A stretch of 64,000 nucleotides of DNA from Dictyostelium discoideum (Eukaryota): assembly GCA_000004695.1 (NCBI GenBank), contig CM000152.2, forward strand, positions 736,001 to 800,000, given 5' to 3'. Below the pieces are notes generated by a model, which was not told the origin of the DNA, made no database searches, and saw nothing but the letters and a program-made list of their open reading frames with translations. A program made the translations under genes and the position numbers. Within the stretch, counting starts at the first letter, position 1. Every line of letters starts with the position of its first letter. Positions 25,004 through 35,364 of the stretch are shown one piece after another.

Positions 25004-25439
25004 AAATAATAATTAATTAAATAAATAAACAAAAAGAATAAATAAATAAAAACAATAAATAAAAAAAAAGATAATAAAATAAAACTACAATCTTAATTGA
25101 AAAAAAAAAAAAATAAAATAAATAAATAAAATAAATAAATAAAATAAAACTAGTTTTAATAAATCTAAAACTTTGTAAATATGTTTTGAAAAAAAAAAAA
25201 AAAATTTTATTTTATTGTTTAACTAAATTTGGTTTAAAATTCAAATAAAGAACTATCTACTCTAAAAAAGAGACCCTTTTCAAATGATAATTGTTGAACA
25301 CCATTTCTGCAATCACTACCGTCATGAGTAGAAAATTACCATTTAAACTAAATTGAATAAATCCACTTGATAACCTGTTGGAATTAGCTACTTGTTTTTT
25401 AATTATTATTTATTGTTTATTTGTTTATTTGTCTATTTA

Positions 25440-25520
25440 TTTATTCATTTATTTATTCATTTATTTATTCATTTATTTATTCATTTATTTATTCATTTAT
25501 TTATTCATTTATATTCATTC
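25440..25520. repeat. 12-bp minisatellite (TTCATTTATTTA) of about 7 units inside the TIR-bounded segment. It is preceded by (AAT)n at 24899-24980.
   Basis: Direct reading. Confidence 0.85.
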
Positions 25521-25602
25521 ACTAATAATATATTACCTATTTTAAAATTGAAAAAATGAAAATGAAAAAAAAAAAAAAAAAAAATTGAAAAAAAAAAAAT
25601 TG

Positions 25603-25636
<34 letters not shown>

Positions 25637-25845
25637 TACCAATAATAATTATAATAATAATAAATAAAATAATAATTAAAACAAAAAATAAAATTACAAT
25701 TTAATAAACTTTATTTGTTTTTTGAAAAAAAAAAAATTTAAGGTCAGTGATTTTTTTTTTTTCACTGCGCTACTGTAGTGAAATTAAATAATAAAATTCA
25801 CTACGCTGTAGTGAAATTTTATTGAAAATTCCCTACAACATCAAT

Positions 25846-26716
25846 GTCACAATGTAATTGCTTTGTAAATGTTTTTACACTGCAGTAGTGATGCTGCAAA
25901 AAAAAGGGTAAGACCAAGCGATTATAAATATATCCCAGAACACTCTAGAAACGATATTGCAAATATTTTAGAAAGAGCTATAGCATCAGAAGAGGAAAAT
26001 CTCGAAAAAATCGAAAAAACAAAAGAAAGACTTTCACGCGCAAGGAAGGAAATTGAAGATCTTAACGCCAGAAATGAAAGTATTCAAGAATTAATTTCAG
26101 AAAATGACAAAAATTTAAAGAATACAAAAGAAGAAATTGAACGTTTAAAAAAAGAAAAAGATGAATTAAAAAAAGCAAAGGGAGAATTCGAAGCTTCTTT
26201 AAAAGAAATTGAAGTAAAAACAGCTTTCTTGGAGGATGTTAGTCAACATATCTTCAAAGAAGCACTCCGAGATCCAGCAGTGATGTGGGGTAAATTAACT
26301 TATGGAGGTGTGATCCCAACTAGCGAAGAAAACAGACAATTTTATTTAAATCTTGTCCAACATTTCGAAAAGAAAAATTATAGAATTTCCGAACTCAGAG
26401 AAGAATTGGAGTCTTTTCCAATTAATAAATTATTGGAAAAACTCCATATTGGTGATTCCAAAACAGAAGAAACAACCGATTGCATTGTCCCAGAGTCATC
26501 TGCTATAGTGCCACCACAACCAATAACTCCAACCACACCAATTATTACCGAGTTCGAAAAAGACAATTAATAAGTAACAAAATAAACTAACCACTTAGGG
26601 TTTTAAATTTTTTTTAGAGTGGTTTAAAATATCTCTTGTATTAATATTAATATCGTAAATGTAATTGCATTGTAAATGCAGTGTAAAATTTTACACTGTG
26701 TAGTGACGCTCAAAAA
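25846..26716 (+). repeat. Direct repeats of ~55-65 bp (25846-25903 and 26650-26716) bracketing the 233-aa ORF. The second copy contains a perfect 20-bp palindrome CAGTGTAAAATTTTACACTG.
   Basis: ..AATGTAATTGC.TTGTAAATG..TTTTACACTG(C/T)(A/G)GTAGTGA(T/C)GCT.CAAAAAAAAG is present at both sites. The related CACT.CAGTAG..GTGA motif also occurs in the TIR arms. Confidence 0.7.
25869..26570 (+). CDS. Predicted 233-aa coiled-coil protein with atypical codon usage. Its N-terminal codons are encoded by the direct-repeat unit.
   Basis: The ORF runs ATG 25869 to stop 26570. The heptad-rich middle reads EENLEKIEKTKERLSRARKEIEDLNARNESIQELISENDKNLKNTKEEIERLKKEKDELKKAKGEFEASLKEIE. It uses codons that are rare for Dictyostelium (CGC, AGG, GCC, CTC). 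An AAG|GTAAGA donor-like site sits at 25898. Whether this is a host gene or part of a repeat element is unresolved. Confidence 0.4.
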   Translation: MFLHCSSDAAKKRVRPSDYKYIPEHSRNDIANILERAIASEEENLEKIEKTKERLSRARKEIEDLNARNESIQELISENDKNLKNTKEEIERLKKEKDELKKAKGEFEASLKEIEVKTAFLEDVSQHIFKEALRDPAVMWGKLTYGGVIPTSEENRQFYLNLVQHFEKKNYRISELREELESFPINKLLEKLHIGDSKTEETTDCIVPESSAIVPPQPITPTTPIITEFEKDN

Positions 26717-27062
26717 AAAAGTAAAAAAAGTTGAATTTTTTTTGATAAAATCATGAGATATTTTTGATAAAAATCAAATTGTGGAAAATTTATGCTCTAA
26801 AATATATAAAAACAAGAATGCCAAACAGTGATCCAAGTTTATGTTATAATTGTTCATCCATTTGTGAACACACTCAAACTTTCTCGAGCCGTGGTGTAGA
26901 TGTAGATCGTTGTCTTAATTTCAAAACCAATTACAACAAAAATTATTACAACAAAAAGTAATCAACATAATGCTGAATAACAACACCAACAAAAATAGAT
27001 TCAAAATCAAACAAACAAAATCAAAACCAATCATTATAAATAAAACTACTCTTATATAATAC

Positions 27063-27105
<43 letters not shown>

Positions 27106-27243
27106 TAAAATTAAAATTGGAAAATGATAAGTTTTTTAATTTTACATTTCGATATTTTTTATATTGTTTTTATTTTTTTTGATTTGTCAAAATGCCCAAA
27201 ATAATTAAAATCTGAATTAATATAATAATTGATTTGATTTTAG

Positions 27244-27274
<31 letters not shown>

Positions 27275-28058
27275 ATAATAACAATAGAATTGATTTGTGG
27301 TAATTCAACAAATTTTACAATAAAACCAATTATTCTTTTGGACCATAAATAGCTTAATTATAATATTTATTTAAATTAATATTTATTATATATATATATA
27401 TTTCAACTTTTGATTCTGGAAATACAACTTGGGCAATAAAAGAAATTAATAAAAATATGATATCCAGAAAAACAAGAAAATAAACAAAACCAAGTATTCA
27501 GTGAAAAGGATTTTATACAATTATTTAATTCCTGTAATAATATGAAGTTGTTTCTTGTGAATCTATTTCATTTTTTTTTTTTTTTTTTAAGTATTTATTT
27601 AAGTTTTCTACAAGATAAAATGGTGTCAATGTTCTGTCTTGAATGCTTCAAAAAAATAATAAAAAAAAAATAGGTTAGTTTATTTTTTGAATTTAATAAT
27701 TTATCATTCATTTTTTGTAATTGTTTTTGAAGAACAACCAGAGAGAATATATCTTTAATAAAAAAAAAAAAACCAAAAAAATTTGAATGTGAGTTTATTT
27801 TTTACAGCGGAAGACACAACAGATAATATGGAAAAATTAAAAAAAAAATTGAAAATTAGTCAATAGATATTAAAATTTTAAGGTGTGCCCAAGCAACTGG
27901 AGCTCTACTTGCGGTTAATCTATTATTATTTTTTATTTCTCCAACTTTTTTTGATGGGGGGTCATTTTGCCTCCAAAAATATTATTATTTTACTTTTAAT
28001 AAAAAAAAAAACATTTGAGACACAAAAGATATTTTATTTTTTTATTTTTTAATTTAAT

Positions 28059-28090
<32 letters not shown>

Positions 28091-28203
28091 TGGCATTATT
28101 TAATTAAATTAAATAGTTGAGTGATTTTTGAGTTGAATCCATTTTATTTTATAAAAAAACCAACAATATTTAACAAAGATTAAAAACCAAACTTTTTTAA
28201 TGA

Positions 28204-28640
28204 AATGGATGAGAAGGAGAGTAAGAATTTTCAGAGACATTGGTTTTCTCAATGGATCAATAACCAAATATTGAAACTAGTTATTTATAGGTAATAAAAA
28301 TGTTTTAATAGATAGAATTATGATAAAATTGGAAGTTGACAATGGTGGAGGATGGAATTACAATTCATCAAATACCCAAATTTACATTGAGTGATGATAG
28401 CTTTATAAAATTAGAGATTTTTGAATTTGTTAAAAACAACGCCCAATCATTGATTTCACCCGACCTAAATTAATTCAATCGATGAGGATTTAGTTGCTTA
28501 TGATGGGAATTATGCTTCTATTATATATTTACCTTCAAAACCAAATAAAAAATTCAGTTTTGGAGAGTTGGATTTCCTAGAAAATCAATATCCATAGCTG
28601 TAATACTTTAAGATGGATACTTACAAAAGAAAAAAAAAAA
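28204..28640 (+). pseudogene. Frame-broken remnant of a protein-coding gene (gene fragment or pseudogene).
   Basis: Local A+T is lower than the surroundings. Protein-like segments sit in three different frames: MDEKESKNFQRHWFSQWINNQILKLVIY, RIMIKLEVDNGGGWNYNSSNTQIYIE, DSFIKLEIFEFVKNNAQSLISPDLN, and FNSIDEDLVAYDGNYASIIYLPSKPNKKFSFGELDFLENQYP. Each ends in a stop, and there is no credible splice pattern. Confidence 0.35.
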
Positions 28641-29368
28641 AAAAAAAAAAAAATTTAAGAATAAATGATTCTAAATTATTCAGTGTCATTACTTTAAAGT
28701 TAAATTTGGATAATTAAAATTTTTTTTTAAAAAAAACAAATAAAATAATCAAGCTTTAAATGAATTGTTTTTTTTTGATTTAAAAAAAAAAAAAAATAAA
28801 AAATAATAAAAAATAATAAAAAAAAAGTATACTATTTAATTTATTTGTACAAATATATTTTTTTTTATTTTATTTTTTTATTTTTTATTTTTTTTTCAAA
28901 AAAATAAATAAAATAAATAAATGAAAATAAAGACCTTTATAATTATTTAAATTCATTTTTTAATATTTTTTACCATTTTGTGGTTGTTTGGGGTTATAAT
29001 TAAAAAAAAAAAAAATAACTTATAAAATTTTTATTTTGTGGTTATTTTTAAAATTTTATTTATAAAAAAAAAAATAAATAAATTCTAAAAATAACCAAAA
29101 AATAAAAATTATAAAACTTAATTAAGTTAATAAATTCTAAAAATAACCACAAAATAAGAATTTAATAAATCAATTTTTTTTTTTTATTTATTAAAAAAAA
29201 AACAATCAAAAAAAAACCAATTTTTTTTTTTATTTATTTTTTCTATTTTTTTATAACACAACTTCACCAACATTCTTGGATGGTAAATAAAAAAAAAAAT
29301 ATAAATGGAATATTATAAAATTTTTAAAAAATAAATAACGAAGATAAAAAAAGTTTGTTTAATTGGTT

Positions 29369-29401
<33 letters not shown>

Positions 29402-29814
29402 TTTTTTTAGCCACCAACATTTTCGTTTATTATTACTACAAAATCCAAGTAATATAATTAATATGTAAATTATATTTTTAATTTTAGAAATTGCTGGTTT
29501 TTCATTTCCTCAAGAAAAAGGTAATTATTATTATTTTTTTTTTTATATTTATAAATTTATTTAAATATAAAAAAAATCACATTAATTTAACACATTTAAT
29601 TTTTTTTTAAATTTAAATTTAGTAATTAAGTTAACCATTGATAAAATTTCCAAGTGGTGACTCTTCATTAGTTGCAGTTGGTTCCTCACAACAAAATTAG
29701 TATCTTTTAGGTAGTATTCAAGTTTGATCATATATATATATGGATTATTCCAAGTAATATATACAATTAACAATATTGTTTAATGTAATTAACTTTTCAA
29801 CCTATATAATGATC

Positions 29815-30025
29815 GTTAGTACACTTTTGTGAAGAAATAATTTTTTTACATTGATGTTACCAATGCTAACAATTATTAATGTTTTGTATATTTGAGATGA
29901 TAATCACCAGTAATTAAACCATATTTAACTTTTGGTATCATCTCAAATAAACAATTCATTAAAAATTGTTAACATTCGAAAACATCAATGTAAAAATGTT
30001 ATTTCCTCTCAAAAGTGTTCTAGCC
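29815..30025. repeat. Long imperfect palindrome: a ~90-bp stem and ~30-nt loop hairpin with decaying identity further out.
   Basis: TAGTACACTTTTGTGAAGAAATAATTTTTTTACATTGATGTTACCAATGCTAACAATTATTAATGTTTTGTATATTTGAGATGATA pairs with TATCATCTCAAATAAACAATTCATTAAAAATTGTTAACATTCGAAAACATCAATGTAAAAATGTTATTTCCTCTCAAAAGTGTTCTA at roughly 85-90% complementarity, with G:T-compatible mismatches. The loop is ATCACCAGTAATTAAACCATATTTAACTTTT. No target-site duplication is evident. Confidence 0.75.
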
Positions 30026-30300
30026 ATCCTTTTATAAGTTTAAAAGTTAATTATAAATAAATGGTATTGTAATTGATAATAAATTATTATTTTCATTTCT
30101 CATCAATTCTACCACCACCACCACAAGCAAACACAAGCACTGCTATCTGAAAATCAAATTGGAAAATTACCAACTTAAAAAAAAAAAAAAAAAAAAAATA
30201 AAAATAATAAGCTAAATAAAAAATATTTAAATTTTTAAAGATATAAAAAAAAAAAATGGAATATATCTGGATTTTTTTTTTTTAAATTTAATTTTTAATT

Positions 30301-31048
30301 TTATTCAATGAATTCATCCAACTTATCGTTGTCGATAGGCTCTTCATCTTCTTCTTCTTCTTTCTCAACTTCTTGAACTTCAGATTCAATATTATTATAA
30401 TTTGAATCTTCATCATCTTCATTGTCATCATCATTATTATTATTATTAATATTATTATTATTATTATCAGCATGATTTTCACTTTGTTGTTGAACATCTA
30501 AACTATTTAAAATTTCTTCATCATCTTCCAATTTATTTAATTCATCCTCTTTGGTAATGATTACAACTTTTTTATTACGTTTTCTACTTTTTTGTTTTTC
30601 ATTTTCATCAATCATAATTTCATCATCATCATTATCATCACCATCACCTTGAGTATCTTTTTGTTGTGTTTTATCATTGTCATTATTTTCATTTTCATTT
30701 TCATTTTCATTTTCATTTTCATTTTCATTTTCATTTTCATTTTGATTTTCCACCTCTTCATCATCATCATCATCTTCAATTTCATCACTTGGTCTATCAG
30801 CTTTATTATAATAAAATTGTTTATTTGCTGGAATATAATGTGCAAATGAATAATCTGTTGAGAAAGAACTTGGATTCATTGAATAAGTACCATCAGCACG
30901 TGAATGCTCATATTGATTTGATTTATCACCAATTACCAATAAATCTGGTAATGGATAAACAGACATTGCATGATCATAATTCCAATAAATTGGTTTATCT
31001 TCTAATGTTAAATTACATAAATGTGAATTACTACAAATTAATTCAATT

Positions 31049-31097
<49 letters not shown>

Positions 31098-32775
31098 CAA
31101 AAAATTGGTAAATAATAAATAATAAATAAATTAATAATAAATTAATAATTATTTTTTAAAACTTACATGTTGAGAAATATCACATGATTGTGAAGGTTCT
31201 AAAATACAATGTCTTCTCATTTTATTTGTTAAATCATCTCTAAATATTATAATTTCTTGAGAACAGTATCTAATTCTACATGGATTAGTTGTAAAGGTTG
31301 ATTTTGGAATTAAAGAAATGAAATCCTTTATGAAAACATTTGAAATTGGGAACTTTGGTAAAATATTTAATAAGGAACCAGTTGGGTCAGTTGGACCAGG
31401 TACGAAAATGAATTGAGTGAATTGATGTATATTTGGATACTTTTGAATTACCATTGCAAGTTGATTAAAATACTTTTTCAATTGATATTGTGTACCATTG
31501 ATCAAAGGATGCTCAGTGAAATTACCCATCAATATCATTGCAAATGGTGGACAATCTTTATAACCACCAAATAAATAATCTAATCTTTCCATAACCCTTT
31601 CCGAATCTAACCAAACATCTGATAGAAATAATATTGAATTATCCTCTTTCTCTTTTTCATACTTTATCAATTGTTCCATCGTCTTTTTTTGTGGTCTTTC
31701 TCCAAACATATCAATATTTTGTAAAAATTTTAATGTTTCACATCTTTCTTCAGTTGGTGGTAATTGAATTTTCTTTTTTTTTTTTTTTTTTCATTAAAAA
31801 TATATATATATATATTAATATTATTTATTATTCAATTATTTATTGCTATTTATTTATAAACTTACATCAGCAATGAAAACACCATCAATAAATTCACCAG
31901 ATGCTTGAATGATTGAATTTATAGTGACTATACCAAATTCGAATTTAGCTTTTGAAATATCAATTTTAACATTTGTATTTAAATCTTCTATATAGAATTG
32001 ATCCTCTTCAATTTGTGATATTGTACCAAGTACATGTTTTCTACCAGTATTACCAAGTAATGAACTTAGTGGTGTAATAGTTTGATATTCATTCTTTAAT
32101 TTATCAGATGCTAAAACTGGTGTTGAAAAATAATCATTTCTTTCAGTTCTTTGTAAAACTTTTAAATATCTTTTTCTATATAAATCTGATTTCGAATTTG
32201 ATGATCCATGTAATGATCTATCAAAATTTTCACTTCTAAAATTTATTTATTGTGTGTGTGTGTATATTAATATTAATATAACACAATTTCTTTTATATAC
32301 ATATGTAAATAATTTTAAAAAACTTACTTTATAAATTGTTTTGAATTTGAATCAAAATTAAATAATGGTGTATTAAATGCATCAATTACTTTTAATGCTT
32401 CTTTTTCAATTGCATCTGAACTATTAATTGTATCAATTAATTTAAAACATCCTTCAATTGTTTGTAAATCTATTATATTATTGTTCACTTTATATTTATG
32501 TATATGTATGTGTATACGTGTGGGAAAAAAAAAAAAAAAAAAAAAATAATTATTATTATTATAATTTTATAAATATATTTATTTATTTATTTTAAATTAT
32601 AATTAAACATACATTGACTTTTATCTAAATTTTTTAATAAATTATCAATTAATTGAGTTATATCATAACCTTCATTCTTTATTCTATTAATAATACATTT
32701 CATTGCATCTGCTTTAATTGAAAAACCAGTTAATGAAAATGATTTAGTAATTTGCTTCTTCCATTGTATATCCAT
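30301..32775 (-). CDS. pole2: DNA polymerase epsilon subunit 2 (POLE2/Dpb2) homologue, ~676 aa, five exons: 32775..32613, 32469..32328, 32235..31866, 31772..31167, 31050..30301.
   Basis: All exons align to human POLE2. Examples: [18 protein letters not shown] against LRGLLLRGEAIKYLTEAL; FLSDVWLD; FVPGPTDP; [19 protein letters not shown]; [12 protein letters not shown]. Donors are GTATGT/GTAAGT and acceptors ..TAATAG, ..TTTTAG, ..AAAAAG. Splice phases (1, 2, 0, 0) are consistent. There is a long acidic C-terminal extension containing (NE)9. Confidence 0.88.
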
Positions 32776-32975
32776 TATAATAAATATGAAATGAATATAT
32801 ATAAATATACAAATCTTTAAAGTTTAAAGTATATGTGGGGTGCGCGTAGTGTTATTGTAATTATTATTTTGAAAATTTTTTTAAATGAAAAAAAAAGGCG
32901 CAACTTTTTTTTTTTATTTTTTTTATTTTTTTTTTTTTATTTTTTCGATATTTACAAAAAGGAAAAAAAAAAAAA
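32776..32975. promoter_or_regulatory. About 200 bp of divergent intergenic spacer, presumably a bidirectional promoter, between pole2 (-) and the rhodanese/methyltransferase gene (+).
   Basis: The ATG of pole2 is at 32775 on the minus strand and the ATG of the next gene is at 32976 on the plus strand. The spacer is T/A-run rich. Confidence 0.4.
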
Positions 32976-33484
32976 TGACAGATACCGTTTTTGAACAAAA
33001 GCAACAAATTCAAATATTAATTGAATGGTTGGAAAATAATAATAACAATAATAATAATAATAATAATAACAAAAGTTGTACAGATTGTGACAATGATTCA
33101 TTTGGATTAATTGATTTAAGAAATAAAGATGAATATATAAATGGACATTTCCCAAATTCAACCAATATTCCATTAGAAGAATTAGATGTCAGAATGTTTG
33201 AATTACCACCAAGAGAATCATTCATTGGTGTAATTTATAATGAAAATGAAAATAATAACAATAAGGAAATAATTGAAAAATTACTATCAAATTATAAACT
33301 TAAATTCTTAATTTCACAAAATCAAATCGATAATAATGAAAATGGGAATGAACCATCAATAAAATCAAAACAATCTGAAACTGGTAACCAATCTAAAATG
33401 TTATGGAAAGCATGTCAATACCTTAATGATAGTATCAATATAATCGAATCAACTTTAAAACAGCAACAACAACAACAACATGAA

Positions 33485-33554
<70 letters not shown>

Positions 33555-34144
33555 TTAAATTTAATTGTATTGATATTGCATGTGGATCAGGTAGAGATTG
33601 TTTATTTTTAGCAAATCGTAAAATTTGGAAAGTTGTGGGTGTTGATAATGATCAAACACTTTTAAATAAAATGATGGATGCAACTAATAGATTCAATTTG
33701 AATGGTAATGTATTTGAATTAAACTTAGAATTAGAACCATTAACACCAAAACATAATCAAGATGATAATAATAATTCTGAAATTAAAGATCAAGAAGAAA
33801 TTCAATGTTTAAAATTATTACCAAAATTATTAGAACCTTTAAATAATAATAATAGTAATGGTAATGGTAATATTATCAATGGATATGATTTAGTTCATGT
33901 AGCAAGATACCTTCATAGACCATTATTTCCATTACTTAATGAATTGGTTAAACCTGGTGGATTTATACTTTATCATACATTTATGACACCAAGTATGGGT
34001 AAACCAAGAAGACCTAGATTTTTATTGAATCCAAATGAATTAAAAGAAAAGTTTAATCAATTCAATGTTTTAAATTATATTGAAACATATTTAGATGATG
34101 GTAGACCAATTCAAGTTTTATTAGCTCAAAAACCAATAAATTAA
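32976..34144 (+). CDS. Protein with an N-terminal rhodanese-like domain and a C-terminal class-I SAM-dependent methyltransferase fold, ~389 aa.
   Basis: The ATG at 32976 follows an A-run. The rhodanese-like segment is GLIDLRNKDEYINGHFPNSTNIPLEEL. Methyltransferase motif I is IDIACGSGRDCLFLA...VVGVDND, and the post-I region is LVKPGGFILYHTF. Poly-N linkers are present. The upstream Met in the track ORF at 32885 lies in a T-run and is unlikely to be used. Confidence 0.7.
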
Positions 34145-34188
34145 TTTTTATTTAAATAAAAATAAATAAATTAAATATCTATTTTTGG

Positions 34189-34219
<31 letters not shown>

Positions 34220-34498
34220 TTTTATTTTTTTTTTTCAACCAAAAAAGTTTATTTTTAGAATTTAATTATATATAATTCATTTTTTTTTTTTGGGTGCTTT
34301 TTTATTTTTATTATTTATATATATAAGTGGTGTGGACAGAATTAAAAAATTAATAAAAAGTAAAAAAAAATAAAAAAATAAAAAAAATTTAAAATTTGTG
34401 TTTTTTTATTTTTTATTTTTTTTTTTTTATTTATTATTTATTTATATACAACATTTTTTTTTATGCTTATCTATTAGTATATTATAGTTATTATTATA

Positions 34499-34858
34499 TT
34501 ATTTTGATTTATCAGTTGGAGTACTTTGAACTATAGGTTTTTGCCATGATAATGGGTGTTGACAATATATCTTCCAATTTGGTAAACATAACTTTAATAT
34601 TAAAGAAAAAAAAAAAAAAAATAAAAATGTTAGTAAATAAATTTTAGTCCGATAATAAATAACAATTAATAAATTAATAAAAAAAAAAAAAAGGTGTAGA
34701 GTACTTACAATTAATGATAAGAAAGTTCCCAAAGCTACTGAATAAAAAGTAATACTAAAATCTTGTTTAATGAAACCAATAATCCAACCAATGACACCAA
34801 AGATAATAATTGTGTATTGATATATATATTCTGCTAATTTTTGACCTTCAAAATCCAT
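34499..34858 (-). CDS. spcs1: Signal peptidase complex subunit 1 (SPCS1/SPC12) homologue, 80 aa, two exons: 34858..34709 and 34591..34499.
   Basis: MDFEGQKLAEYIYQYTIIIFGVIGWIIGF... and ...LPNWKIYCQHPLSWQKP match human SPCS1 ([29 protein letters not shown].. and ..LPPWPIYRRHPLKW..). The intron 34708..34592 has a GTAAGT donor and an ..ATTAAAG acceptor, both exons in phase 0. Confidence 0.85.
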   Translation of the reverse strand: MDFEGQKLAEYIYQYTIIIFGVIGWIIGFIKQDFSITFYSVALGTFLSLIVSTLHLFFFFINLLIVIYYRTKIYLLTFLFFFFFSLILKLCLPNWKIYCQHPLSWQKPIVQSTPTDKSK

Positions 34859-34947
34859 TTTTAACTTTCTTTTTAGCTTGATAAACGAACCTTTTTATTT
34901 TATTTTATTTTAATTTTTATTTTTTTTTCTTGAAGAAAAATTAAAAT

Positions 34948-34993
<46 letters not shown>

Positions 34994-35364
34994 TGACTCA
35001 CACAGAAAAAAAAAAAAAAAATTAAAAATAAAAAAAAAAAAAAAAAAATCATCATCAAATTGTTTTTTGAATTTTTATTTCTCTATTTAACTCCAATTTA
35101 TTGAAAACAATATTAATTGATAAATCTATTCAATAATTTTATTTCATTTTCAAGTTATTGATATGAAATAATTTCATTGATAGCTGCATTTTATATTGTT
35201 GTCAATTTATTTTGCTTTCAATAAATTGTGGATATTAAGAAATAAAAATTTAAATTATTCAATTAACCAATTTCAACAATTGTTTATATATATATATCTC
35301 TATTAGTATTGTTTTTTTTATTTTATTATATATTTTTTTATTTTTATTATTATTTTAGTTTTGA

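Noticed and set aside
27880-27990. Short GC-richer patch (GGTGTGCCCAAGCAACTGGAGCTCTACTTGCGG..., TGATGGGGGGTC...)
   Set aside because: It is too short, with no convincing stem-loop architecture or ORF. It could be debris of an element, and I cannot support a feature call.
34592-34708. Hydrophobic middle of the 119-aa track ORF (..VSTLHLFFFFINLLIVIYYRTKIYLL..)
   Set aside because: It is intron read-through. Splicing GTAAGT to ..TTAAAG restores the SPCS1 alignment.
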